Below are positions 38,601-52,305 of a stretch of 64,000 nt of DNA, piece after piece. Positions within the stretch are counted from its first letter, which is position 1. Every line of letters starts with the position of its first letter. The translations under genes and the position numbers were made by a program. The notes under the pieces are model-generated. The model worked only from the letters and a program-made list of their open reading frames with translations, was not told the DNA's origin and searched no databases. Location: the NCBI GenBank assembly GCA_951406725.2, contig OX597827.1, positions 63,798,001 to 63,862,000 on the forward strand, given 5' to 3'. The DNA is from Octopus vulgaris. Taxonomy: Eukaryota.

Positions 38601-38705
38601 GTAAGTTCCCATTGTTCTTTATTTTTTCCGCATCTTATTGTGATAATTAGTGACGGCACATAGCCTAATGTAGGGGGTCTCAACTGGGGTCCATATGACC
38701 CTTAA

Positions 38706-39127
38706 CCCTTTCGCTACCAACCCAGCTGAAAACAGCTCTGTCTCTAATACAAATGTCTTGTTTTCGTAAGTTTTGAATTAAAATCTTCCACCAAACCTTA
38801 GTCACAATTTTAATGATAACTAAGTTGTTTGTTATGTTTAAAGTAACTGAAAGAAACACAGAGCATCTCAAAATAAATACAGTAATGAAAGGGTTAAAAT
38901 ATATAATAGAGAAACAATTCTTAACCCTTTTGATACCAGCCTGGCTGAAACCGCCTCTGGCTCTGTAGTACAAATGTCTTGTTTTCATAAGTTTTGAATT
39001 AAAATCTTCCACCAAACCTTAGTCACAATTTTAATGATAACTAAGTTGTTCTACTAAGTTGTTTGTTATGTTTAAAGTAATTGAAAGAAACACAGAGCAC
39101 CTCAAAATAAATACAGTAACAAAAGGG
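38706..39127. mobile_element. two adjacent piggyBac-like MITE copies (38706-38893, 38925-39127)
   Basis: Each is bounded by TTAA-CCCTTT...AAAGGG-TTAA and is highly similar to 1704-1925. Confidence 0.75.
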
Positions 39128-40381
39128 TTAAAGGTCCACATAGATCTTGTTGCTAAAATTTATGTGCAATGCATCAGTTATACCTCTACGATTCTTTCTC
39201 TCTTCTGTGTGTTCCCCAGTTCTTTTATTTTTCCTGTCTGCACACATTTGACTAAATACAACTCACAATTTTATCTCCCCTCTCCTTCTCTTTTCTTATC
39301 TTTCTCGCCTTCTTCTCCATATCCACCTATGTTGATACCTAAACAATGAACAAAGTATCCTTTTTTAAAATTCTTGCCTCTGTCAATACATCCATCTGTT
39401 TAGTACTCTGCAAGAATTCACAAACACCACCCATTAATCCAGCAGAACTTTTTGACTGGTGTAGAACAATTAATATCCTGAATGCCTGCCTGACTGGTTC
39501 CTGTGCTGGTGGCACATAAAAAGCACCCACTACACTCTCAGAGTGGCTGGCATTAGGAAGGGCATCCAGCTGTAGAAACATTGCCAGATCAGATCGGAGC
39601 CTGGTGCAGCTACTGGCTCTCCAGACCTCAGTCAAACCATCCAACCCATGCCAGCATGGAAAACGGACGTTAAACAATGATGATGATGATAACGATGAAG
39701 TCTAAACAACAAGGTAATCCCATGAACATTAATCTAAAAATTGCCTAAAGAATTATGCAAGCCAAATTAATGGACTCCCCTAGGTTCCATGGATATTATA
39801 AATAATAATTGATAATATCCTATGGATGTGGTGAGGTAGTCCCATAAAAATACATGCTATGCCAAAACATATGTAGCAATGTATTAAGAAAAATATAAAA
39901 ATCTCCATCCATGAAATATTTCTTATTATTAATATATTTATGAGTGGTTGTATACTGTCAACTTAACGTGGCAGTAGGGGATTACACCACCGCTGTTTAG
40001 CCCTAGGAAGCATCGACGCTTCCTGTCGGCTTCGACATATTTCCTGTGTCCTTATATATTCACAGGAAATGTGTCGAAGCCGACAGGAAGCGTCGATGCT
40101 TCCTAGGGCTAAACAGCGGTGGTGAAATCCCCTACTGCCACGTTAAGTTGACAGTATACAACCACTCTATCGCCCCACCACCATACATATCTCTATGAGA
40201 TATTTAGAAATTTAATATTTCCAAATATATTTATGCTATGCTACATATAGTACTGCACGCACAACAGTCCCATACAGTTAACTTGGAAGGTTGGGATTAA
40301 TATACAGTAGCCAACAGAAAGTAGTTTAGAGCTTTTATGAATGCACTGGTAGGTATTTGCTACATATGAAATACAAGGATA

Positions 40382-40767
40382 TCTCTCTCTATATAAACGG
40401 CAGTTTGTCTGTGTGTGTTTCTGTGTGTCTGTTAGGTTGTACCCTCACCCTGACCACGGCTTTCAACCGATTCTGATGAAACTTGACACACACATAGCCC
40501 AATGTCATAATTCAAAACTAACGCAGCGAAAATTTTGAAAAGTTCCCCCAGTTCTGAAAAAAATCGATAAATTCGACATGGGGTCGAGAGTCAGAAACAC
40601 AAACCACAGACTGTCTAGGGGACGCAACTCCACCTTTTTAACTCTCAAAAATAAATTTACCATAATTTTTTTTTAATTTTTTTTGCTATTTTTTGGCTAT
40701 AACTCTCTAAAAATGCTTTATAGTTATTTCCCTTACAAACCCGAGCAACGCCGGGCGATACTGCTAG
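40382..40767 (+). mobile_element. non-autonomous Helitron-like element
   Basis: 5' TC start after A; subterminal hairpin CCCGAGCAACGCCGGG; 3' CTAG followed by T. Confidence 0.65.
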
Positions 40768-42850
40768 TGTAGTATAAAACACAAGTTTGAAGAAAAAAAA
40801 TCTATTAGGAATGAGCTAATGTTATTGAAAATACAGAAAATAATCAAACCCACCATCTTACATGAATATACAGCCAACACTGCTTTTGTAATTACATTAT
40901 GAAGTAATCTCATTCTCCAACATCACACAGTTTTTTCTATGAACATTTTTAAATAGTAAGCTAGCTACCATGGGTGATGAAGTGAGTCCTAGTAGTGGGT
41001 CTTTAACTCCTGGTGAAGTCATAGGAGCATCATCATGTCTTACACATTTTAACACTTTAGCATACAGAATATTCCTATTTCTTTATTACCCACAAGGGGC
41101 TAAACACAGAGGAGACAAACAAGGACAGACATAGGTATTAAGTCGATTACATCGACCCCAGAGTGTAACTGGTACTTAATTTATCGACCCCGAAAGGATG
41201 AAAGGCAAAGTCGACCTCGGCGGAATTTGAACTCACAACGTAACGGCAGACGAAATACTGCTAAGCATTTCGCCCGGCGTGCTAATACAGAATATTCCAT
41301 CATATAGTTGTGATACCTGTGCCAGTGGCACATAAAAAGCACCATCCGAACGTGGCTGATGCCAGCGCTGCCTCAAGTGGCTTCCATGCCGGTGGCACGT
41401 TAAAAGCACCAACCGATTGTGGATGATGCCAGCGCCGCCTTGACTGGCTTCCGTGCCGGTGGCACGTTAAAAGCACCAACCGATCGTGGCCGCTGCCAGA
41501 CTTCCCTGGCACGTAAAAAGCACCCACTACACTCGCGGAGTGGTTGGCATTAGGAAGGGCAACCAGCTGTAGAAACACTGCCAGATCAGACTGGAGCCTG
41601 GTGCAGCCTCCTGGCTTCCCAGACCCCGGTCGAACCATCCAACCCGTGCAAGCGCGGAAAACAGACGTTAAATGATGATGATGATGATGTAATGGTTTTT
41701 TCATTGACATTGAATTAATCCTGCATTCTCTCATAGCTTTGAGTTTCTGATGTTAGGGGCAGGTGTTGTTGTGTAGTAAGGGGCTTTCTTCCCACCCACA
41801 TGGTTCAGGGTTTAAGTCCTGCTCATGGCACCTTAGGCAAGTGTCTTCTACTATAGCCTTGGAAACCACAATCATGGGTCCAACACCCTAATCACTAAGC
41901 CACTTGCTGCCACTATTGCTTTGGTTACTACAGGGCCAACAAGCAATGACTGAGGACTGGACATTCACTGATAATAAGTAATATTGGGAGTCCATCTAAG
42001 GTTTCTGAGGGTCCACGCAAGCAAAATAGTAAATTGAGGAACCACATTAGCATTTTAAGGGTTATTTTTTTACTCTTTTACTTGTTTCAGTCATTTGACT
42101 GCAGCCATGCTGGAGCACCACCTTTAGTCAAGCAAATCGACCCTGAGACTTGTTCTTTGTAAGCCTAGTACTTATTCTATCAGTCTCTTTTGCTAAACTG
42201 CTAAGTTATGGGGACGTAAACACACCAGCGACGTTGGGGAGACAAGCACAGACACACAAACATATACACACACATACATATATACGACGGGCTTCTTTCA
42301 GTTTCCGTCTACCAAATCCACTCACAAGGCTTTGGTTGGCCCGAGGCTATAGTAGAAGACACTTACCCAAGGTGCCACACAATGGGACTGAACCTTGTTC
42401 ATGAAAAAATTTTACTTTAGGTCTTTTTATTGCAAAAAAACCCCCAAAAAACAGCTAGGTTTCTCTAACATTTTACATAGTTTAACATGTTTCTGGCCAA
42501 GGGGTATTTATAAAACTAGTTTTCAAACATCGAATGGCTTTTGGGATCCACCAGAATAAAACAGTAATGAAGGAGGTCTATCGATATAAAAAAAAAATGG
42601 TTGAAAACCACTGATCAGTATTTTGTCTGTCTTTACGTTCTGAGTTCAAATTCTGCCAAGGTCGACTTTGCCTTTCATCCTTTCGGGGTTGATAAATTTG
42701 TTACCAGTTGCGTACTAGGGTTGATCTAATTGACTGCCCCCACTCCCAAAATTTCGAGCCTTGTGACTAGAATAGGAAAGAATACTTGAGAAACATTTCG
42801 AGTTATCTCCCCTGCTTTTGTGCACTCTTTTCCCACTTGTGGCACACTTA

Positions 42851-43093
42851 TAGGGTTGGCCAAAAATCACCTGACAGTGAATCAAAACCCGCTTAATTCC
42901 AAGATTAAAACAAAAAATTATTTTGTATGAGACTTCGCTAATGAATAGACAAATATTGAAAAAGAAAAAAAAACTGATTTTAACTCACAGCATTTAATTA
43001 TTAAACATTCATAATTAGAATGATCAAATAAAATTGAATATTAAGTATTTATGGAATTTTGATTTATTGTCGGGTGACTTTTGGCCAACCCTG
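42851..43093. mobile_element. Tc1/mariner-type MITE
   Basis: ~37-bp imperfect TIRs (AGGGTTGGCCAAAA...) flanked by TA on both sides. Confidence 0.8.
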
Positions 43094-44808
43094 TATATTC
43101 TTTTCAAAATTTGACAGCACACCTAAACTAAAAATATAAATGAAGATATAGGGAAGAAAATTATATTCAGGTTACACTGCAGCACACCTAGCATCATATT
43201 GCAGAATGCCAGTGTGCCGTAACATACCAGTTGCAGTGCACTAGCCTATACCATTGATCTACAACTTATTTATCTACCATGGCCTGCTATAGTTCTTTAT
43301 TGTCCATGACTGACTAATTAAAACCTAAAATCAATATTTAATCCTAAATCTTATTCAAACAGACGCCTTTAATTACCATTTGAGGTGCAGGCATGACTGC
43401 ATGTTTAAGTATCTCACTTTCCAGTCACATGGCTTCAGGTTCAGTCCCACTGCGCAGCACCTTGAGCAAGTGTCTTCTACTGTAGCACTGGGATCACCAA
43501 TGCTTTGTGAGTGAAATCGGTAGATGGAAACTACGTGGAAGCCCATCGTTTATGTATGTAGATATGTATGAGTGTGTGTCAGTGTTTGTCCCCTAAACCC
43601 ACTCCCACCACTTGACAACTTGGTTTGTTCTCATCCCTGTAGCTTAGTGGCTTAGCAAAAGAGACTAATAGTATAAGAATCAGATATAAAAAAAATATGT
43701 CCCAGGTCAGTTTGTCTGACTAAACCCTTCAAGGTGGAGGCCCTGAAACAGGGATTGCCCAATCACTAAACCAAGTAAAAAAAAAGGAACACAAAAGAAA
43801 ATAAGGCACATTCTTTTATTCTTTCACTTGTTTAAGTCATTTCACTTTGGCCATGCTGGAGCACCACCTTCAAAGGTATTTTAGTTGAACGAACCAACCC
43901 CAGGACTTATTTCTTAAGCCTAGAACTTATTCTATCGGTCTCTTTTGCTGAACCACTAAGTTATGGGGACATAAACACACCAACACCGTTTGTCAAGCGG
44001 TGATGTTGGGACAAACACAGACACAAAGACACACTCACACATAGATATACATATGCATACATACGTATATATATATATATATATATACATATATATCATC
44101 ATCGATGATGATATATATATTTATATATATATGTATATATATATATATATCACGTGATCACATGACCGACCAGGTTATCAGATGTTGCCACACACCGCTG
44201 GTCACAATTTAGCTTTCAAATGACACCACCCCACTGGCTAAGCAAGCAGGCCAACAGAATAAAGAGTGAGAGAAAGACATCTGCCCAAGGTGCCGCGCAT
44301 TGGGACTGAACCCAGAACCATGTGGTTCATAAGCAGGCTACTTACCACACAGCCACTCCTGCACCTCTTGGTAAAAAAAAAATGAGTAATAGCTGTAAAA
44401 TCAAAGAGTCAGCCTTGTCACGTTCTGTATCACACTGAATCTCCCTGAGAACTACATTAAGGGTATGCATGTCTCTGGAGTACTCAGCCATTTGCACATT
44501 AATTTGATGAACAGGCTGTTCTGTTGATCGGGTCAACTGGAACCCTCATCATCGTAACCAACAGTGCTGGTTATCCTTATTTGTAGGGGTCAGATGGAAT
44601 TTGTTGAGCCAGATTTGTATGGCTTGACGACCTTCTTATCATTGATCCTTACCTGTTTCTTATCAAGGCAATATTTCATCATGCTCGGACATGTATTCAT
44701 GGCAGACTAGAAATGAACAACACTGCTTATTGGAGAGTGATGGTCATATATGTGTGTGTGTGCATGTGTAAATATATTTATACACATACATACATACGTA
44801 TATATATA

Positions 44809-45025
44809 TTGGGTTGGCGCATATTTAACAAAAACAATAACACCATATAACAAAAACATCTTTAAATGATTATTCCGGGACATATACACCATCTACTTCA
44901 ATTACTGCTTCCCATTTGCTTGGCAGATGGTCAGACCGCCATTTAAAGATGTTTTTGTTAAATATTTTTATTGTTTTTGTTGAATAAAATTTGTTGACAA
45001 AAAGCCACAATAATTATGCACTAAC

Positions 45026-45029
<4 letters not shown>
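44809..45029 (-). mobile_element. mariner-derived MITE with transposase C-terminal remnant
   Basis: TIR TTGGGTTGGCGCATA / TATGCACTAACCCAA within TA repeats. Minus strand encodes LPSKWEAVIEVDGVYVPE*, similar to mariner C-termini. Confidence 0.7.
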
Positions 45030-45071
<42 letters not shown>

Positions 45072-45173
45072 GGAGTAAACACATAAATGTGAAACAAGGT
45101 GGAAAAAAGAGTACTCAAATACCAGTGGTAGAGTAATATGCTTTATTTAAAGCAGCAGAAAATTCAACAAAAT

Positions 45174-45211
45174 CTGTTACTCTGAGTTTCTCGTTGCCGT
45201 TCATCTGACAG
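45174..45211 (-). ncRNA. variant hammerhead-like motif in a (TA)n-embedded repeat
   Basis: Minus strand reads CUGU-CAGAUGA-ACG-GCAA-CGA-GAAACUC-A-GAGUA-ACAG. U4 is replaced by A. Confidence 0.5.
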
Positions 45212-45272
45212 TTTTTGCTAGAATGGAACCGATATATCAATTCAATCTAGACTCTTACAAACGCTACACCTT

Positions 45273-45334
<62 letters not shown>

Positions 45335-46893
45335 TGCTTATATAATGTGTGTATATGTGTATATATATATATGCATACATATGTACATATATACATATGT
45401 GGAAGTGCGTGGCATAGTGGTTAGGGTGTTGCCCTTATGGTTATAAGATTGTGGTTTGGATTCCTGTATGGGGCAACACACTGTGTTCTTGAGTAAAACA
45501 TCTTCATTTTCCATTGCTCTTGTCCTGGGAGCTGGCAGAAAATGAATAATCCTGCAATGGATTGACATTCCATCTGTGGAAGCAGGGCGGGGGGAAGCAG
45601 GATGACTGGCCTTATAAGCCTCTAGTTTGGAAAGGACCTTTGGTTCTTATATGCGTGTATGTATATATGTATGTATATATGTATGTAGATCGCCATGATA
45701 GATCACTAGCCACTACACATTCTTTATTTTCTCTCCTTGTTTCTTTCTGTGTTCCTTTCTGTGGAAGAGTGTAGGCTCAAAACGTTAAAGACTTTTTCAC
45801 TTCCCGAGAGTTATACTAATACATCTGTTTGCTGTCTACACCACCGATCTTCATCTTTTGTTGTTTTTTTTGTGAATTCTATGTATGTATGTATGTATAA
45901 GGCTGGGTTTTACACTCTTTCCATCTATCACATCCACTCACAAAATTTTGGCTGTCCTCTGATTTTTGTAGAAGACACTTGTCCATGTGGAGGGACAGAA
46001 CCAAAAACCTTTTGGTTGAGAAGCAAACTTCTTAACCACACACCCATACCTGTGCCTAATAGCATGTGTCAATAAATGAAGTACCAGTTGAATTCTTGGG
46101 TGCATTAAACTGAGTACATCCACTGATGGTATTTAGTTATGACCATCTATGTTCTGAGTTCAAACCTCACTGTGGAGAGAGAGACTTCACTTTCTTGTCT
46201 TTCACTGGAAATGATGTGGAAAGGATGAAGAGCAATCATCAAATTGTAAGGATCGATAAAAACCTTCTCACAGAACTTCAACTCATAAAGGCGGTGAGCT
46301 GGCAGAAACGTTAGCATGCTGGGTGAAATGCTTAGCAGTATTTCGTCTGCTGTTACATTCTGAGTTCAGATTCCGCTGAGGTCGACTTTGCCTTTCAGGG
46401 TTGATAGATTAATTACCAGTTACACACTGGGGTCGATGTAATCAACTTAATCCCTTTGTCTGTCCTTGTTTGTCCCCTCTATGTTTAGCCCCTTGTGGGC
46501 AATAAATAAAAAAGAAACATTAGCATGCCGGGTGAAATGCTTAGCGGTATTTCGTCTGTCTTTACATTCTGAGTTCAAATTCCACTGAGGTCGACTTTAC
46601 CTTTCATCCTTTCAGGGTCGATAAATTAAGTACCAGTTGTATACTGGGTCGATCTAATTGACTGGCCTCCCTCCCCAAAATTTTCAGGCTTTGTACCTTG
46701 AGTAGAAAAGAACTTGGAATCATCATCAGCATCTTCAGCATCACCACTATCGTTTATCAATATCATCATCATTGTTATCGTTGCTACCACAATTATCATC
46801 ATCATCATTCTTATCAGTTTTATAATTGCTTCTCTGTGCCAACAAAACATCTACAGACAACAGAGTAATATAATCAAAGCCATTAAGAAATTG

Positions 46894-46926
<33 letters not shown>

Positions 46927-46939
46927 GCTTGTTCATAAC

Positions 46940-47103
46940 TAATTTGTCTAGTTATCTATCTACCTCTGTCTTTCTATTTAACTGTCTCCTTATCTGTCAA
47001 TTTCCCTGTCTATTTATCTATTGACTTGTCTGTCTGACTGTCTATCCATCTATCTATATCTGTTTATCTACCTGTCCATCTATCTACCTACCTACCTACC
47101 TAC

Positions 47104-47135
<32 letters not shown>

Positions 47136-47219
47136 TTCCTTATCTATCTATCAATCTCTCCATCAATCTCTCTATCTATCTACCTAGCTAGCTAGCTATC
47201 CATTTATCTGTCTATCTGT

Positions 47220-47254
<35 letters not shown>

Positions 47255-47271
47255 CCTACCTACCTACCTAC

Positions 47272-47320
<49 letters not shown>

Positions 47321-47388
47321 CATCAATCTCTCTATCTACATAGCTAGCTAGCTATCCATTTATCTATCTATATCTGTTTATCTACCTG

Positions 47389-47452
<64 letters not shown>

Positions 47453-47680
47453 CATACCTACCAACCTACCTACCTACCTATCTATCTATCTATCTATCTA
47501 TCTCCTTACCTATCTATGTATCTATCTATCAATCTCTCCATCAATCTCTCTATCTATCTACCTAGCTAGCTAGCTATCCATTTATTTGTCTATCTGTTTA
47601 TCAATCAATCTGTTTATCTATCTATCTGTTACCTATCCGTCTATCTATCTACCTATTTATCTCTCTATCTATCTATCTTC
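46940..47680. repeat. (TCTA)n/(CCTA)n compound microsatellite with higher-order duplication
   Basis: Visible directly; CTAGCTAGCTATCCATTTAT recurs three times. Confidence 0.9.
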
Positions 47681-48099
47681 TTGCCATTCTCTTTCTCCAC
47701 CATCAACAACATCTATAGACCATATAACCGACGGCATGTGGTGGGGGGGGGGCTGGTGCTGGTGCATCTGCCCAGATCTCTGTCAAAAATAATCAGCAAC
47801 TACAATCTACAAACGTCAGCGTCTGGTGTTTTCTTTACCCTCTACCAACCACAAATCCCCCCACCCCCCACCCACACAACGACAACAACAACAACAACAA
47901 ACTCCTGTGTCTACCACCTTTTGCTTGATATTCTAAAATCCTTGACAAAGCAAAGGATTAGCAACATCTGCTGTGAAACAAATTAATTTGAGATTAAGGT
48001 TAACAGAAAAGACACAACAGACAACTGACTGTCATCTTGCCCTTTCCTTTGTTACGGTCAAAACTTATTGAAGCATTGAAGCAGATTTCCACACACACC

Positions 48100-48147
<48 letters not shown>

Positions 48148-49639
48148 TGTGCATTCATTTCAAGGGGTCGAATTTGCAGAGGTGTTTAGAACATTTGACA
48201 AAATATTATTCAGTATGTATCTCGGTTCTGTACAGGTGGTGGCTATGCGGTAAGAAGTTTCCTTCTCAACCACATGGTTCTGGGTTCAGTCCCACAGTGT
48301 GACACCTTTTTTTTTTTTTTTTTCACATTTACTACCCACAAGGGGCTAAACACAGAGGGGACAAACAAGGACAGATAAAGGGATTAAGTCGATTACATCG
48401 ACCCCAGTGCGTAACTGGTACTTAGTTTATCGACAGCGAAAGGATGAAAGGCAAAGTCGACCTCGGCGGAATTTGAACTCGGAACGTAACCACAGACGAA
48501 ATACAGCTACGCATTTCGTCCAGCGTGCTAACGTTTCTGCCAGCTCGCCGCCTTGGGAAAGTGTATCCTTCTACCATATCCTTGGGCCGACCAAAACCTT
48601 GTGAGTAGATAGGGTAGACAGAAACTGAAAGATGCCCATCATAAATATAGGCACAGGAGTGGCTGTGTGGTAAGTAGCTGGCTTACCAACCACGTGGTTC
48701 TGGGTTCAGTCCCACTGCGTGGCACCTTGGGCTGACCAAAGCCTTGTGAGTGGATTTGGTAGACAGAAACTGAAAGAAGCCCATCGTATATATATATATA
48801 TATATGTATATATGTGTGTGTGTGTCTGTGTTTGTCCTCCCCCCACAAGATCACTTGACAACCGATGCTGGTGTGTTTACATCCCTGTAACTTAGCAGTT
48901 TGGCAAAAGAGACCAATAGAATAAGTACTAGGCTTACAAAGAATAAGTCCTGGGGTCAATTTGCAGTACTCCAGCATGGCCGCAGTTAAATGATTGAAAC
49001 AAGTAAAAGAGTAAAAGAGAATATATATTACTATTTGTTCATTCCCGTCTTGACTATGAAAGGTTTTTGTATATTTTTGTTGGTCGTAATTATTCATACC
49101 GGTATGTAATTCTTGACGAAGAATCTAATTTTCATTTCAAGAAGAGTTTTTCAATTTTGTCTTTGGAATTAGTTAGACTCCAAAACAATTTGTAGAATGT
49201 ATACTGGTTCTGTACGAACCTGGATTATGAGTTCGTCTACTCCTACAATTTTTCCTTTCCTTATACTTTATTTATATATATATGATTATTGTTATTAAAA
49301 TTATAATTTAGGGTATCTAAGAGATACCACCACGCTGGAAACAGCAGCCAAAACTTGACTCTAAAACCACATTAAATTCTCATACAGTTATATTTAATCA
49401 TATTATTTAGGGTCCATCCCTGTTGGTTCCTTAACTTTATCATCATCATCATCATCATCATCAGCATCTTCATCATTATCTTTATGCAAAAACGACAGAA
49501 TTGTTATTACTTTTATAGTAACTGGCTCTTTATATTTTTAATGAAAATTATGCCATGCTCAGCTTTACACTTCATCCCTTGTGATTTTTTCAGAATACAC
49601 AATTACATTGTTCTACTGATTGACAATATGAGATTCGAT

Positions 49640-49995
49640 TCCAATGTCTTTCAGTCTATTAGGCAGCATTTTGCACTAATTACCCCAGGCGTAATTTTCT
49701 TCCCAGTCTTCCACAATATCTTCATCTCTCTGACTAATGCTGATAATTCACAATTTTTCTTCAATCTCTTTGGTATTCATTCTATTATTATATGATATTA
49801 CAAAGTCTATGATCTCACATTATCATTTTTTTTTTCGTTTTCCTCTATGATCATATCTATTTTTCTTACTGCATTTGCATACTTTTGGTTTGTCTTCATG
49901 GGGATATCCCATAAAATCCAATATTTATTATTCCTTATTACAGCCACTGGCTTGTCTTCATACAAATTATTATTACTGAGCATTGGGGTCAACAT
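49640..49995 (-). mobile_element. old R4/Dong-type RLE fragment
   Basis: YEDKPVAVIRNNKYWILWDIPMKT resembles the same KILWD region; degraded. Confidence 0.5.
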
Positions 49996-50054
49996 AGTCG
50001 ACTAGCCTCCTCCCAAAAAATTGTCACATCTTGAGCCTATATTAGAAAGAATTA

Positions 50055-50106
<52 letters not shown>

Positions 50107-50252
50107 CATTACTATTATTATGTTTTTTCCTTCTTTCTTCAAATTTTCTTCCGTTTCTCGCCGAGTGTTTTCCATACACCTAGGGCAGAGAAGGGCATTG
50201 TATGCATTCCCAGATTACACGCCCAAATTCACTGATTATTATTATTACTATA

Positions 50253-50284
<32 letters not shown>

Positions 50285-51734
50285 AATATGGAGCAAATAA
50301 TTCAGGAGAAAATATTTGCAAAGGTATTGTTGACTCTATTATTATCTAGTGTAACAATTTAAAAATGATAATAACATTATTATTAATATTATTACTGAGT
50401 GAGAGAGCAGTGCATGCCATCAAACTGAAACTGGGATACAAATATATGAAGCCCAGTATACCCATCATGACTACCCTGAAAAGGGTACAACAGGTACATG
50501 CATCACAACCATATGTGTACAACACAGTGATCTCATATCAAGATAAACAACACATGACCTTGCAGGTGTGACCCAGTTAGAATTTCCTTCAGGTCAAGTA
50601 ACCCATCCCAGACAAAAGATCCTTAAATAAGGTTTGTTTAAGTACATTGAACAAAACACCCATATTTCCAGAGGTGAATTATTCAAACCCCAACAAATTC
50701 CTCTCAAAACATGTCTATGATGCTCCCCCACTACTTCTGCTTGTGAACAGAGATGCACATATCGTCAGCTAGTAAGGGACATGCTCAACTGGTTGCTGTA
50801 GCCCATCTTTTATATCAAGACAAAACAATGTACATGATAACACTTCCAATCAGTTAAGATAAGAAACCATGGGAGCCACTGTCTGTATTGCATCAATGCT
50901 TTTATTATTATTGTTGTTGTTGTTATTGAGTGAGAGTGCAGTGCATACCATCAAAGTGACACTAGAATAGAAATATTCTAAGCTCTGTATAACCATCTTG
51001 ACTACCTTTCTGATAAGGGTACACCAAGCACATGCATCACAACCATATGTGTGCAACTTGGTGATCTCATATCAAGATAAACAGCAGGTGGGGCCCAGTT
51101 AGAATTTTCTTCAGGTCGAGTAGCCCATCCAGAACAAAAGGTCCCTGAATAAAGGATGTTGAACAAAACACCTGTATTTCCAGAAGTGAATTATTCAAAC
51201 CACAATGAATCCCTCTCAACACATGTCTATGATGCTCCCCCACTACTTCTGCTCATGATCAGAGATTCACATATTGTCAGGCACTAAGGAACATGGTCAA
51301 CTGGTTAAGGTCAAACAACTGACAAGCAAATCTGTGGTATTGAGCAGAATATTTGCTGTAGCCTATCTTTTATACCAAGACAAAACAATGTACATGATAA
51401 CATTTTCAATCAGTTAAGACCAGAAGCCATGAGACTCAGTGCCTGGTGTTGCATCTATCATCATTATTATTATTATTATTAAGGTGGCGAGCTGACAGAA
51501 TTAGTGCACTGGATGAAATGCTTAACAGTATTTTGCACATCGCTACATTCTGAGTTCAAATTCCGCCGAGGCTGACTTAGCCTTTCAACCTTTCAGGGTT
51601 AATAAAATAAGTACCAGTTGAACACTGGGGTCAATGTAATTAAATTATCCTATTCAAAATTGCTACCCTTGTTACAAAATTTGAAACCATCATTACTATT
51701 ATCATTATTATTATTATTATTATTATCATTATTA

Positions 51735-52305
51735 TAGAAGTCACACAGTATACAATATTGTGAGGTTGTTGATTGAAGATGTTATGTCTACTGGGGGTTT
51801 GCACTCTTTGTCAAGTCACAAGGACCTCAGCCAGACAGTACTTTACGCAATATGTGTGCAGTTCCAAGTAATGCCAACTTTTGCAATACACCTAGATTGT
51901 GGGTTATTTCTAAAGTTTTCAGATGTTTTTTTTCAGATTGGTTGGTATTGAACCCAATGCTCTAATAACAATAGGGATAACCTTTATGTTTGACTCTCAT
52001 AGCTGCCACATCTTTGTGAACTCAAATTCTCAAGTCTCCATATTTATCAACCTTTTTCTCTTTCTTTCATGATCCCCTGGCACTACCACATTTATTATTA
52101 GGCACTCCTGTTTGTCCCTCCTAAAGGTTACTATATCCCTCCTTCGGTGCTCTAAAACTTTGTCTGTCTGGAAATCAAAGTCCCAGAGGATTTTTGCCTT
52201 TCCCTTTTCGTTCATTACCTTTTCTGGTGTATATTGGTATCAATCACCTGTAACCTCATATCCATACTTATGGCATTGTAGCCAGTGGAGGTTTTGGGCT
52301 ACTTT
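51735..52305 (-). mobile_element. 3' fragment of an R4/Dong-type non-LTR retrotransposon (restriction-like endonuclease domain)
   Basis: Minus strand reads HWLQCHKYGY...KILWDFDFQTDKVLEHRRRDIV...VIPIVIRALGSIP...ALLGTAHILRKVL and ends at a (TAA)n tract. Confidence 0.75.
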
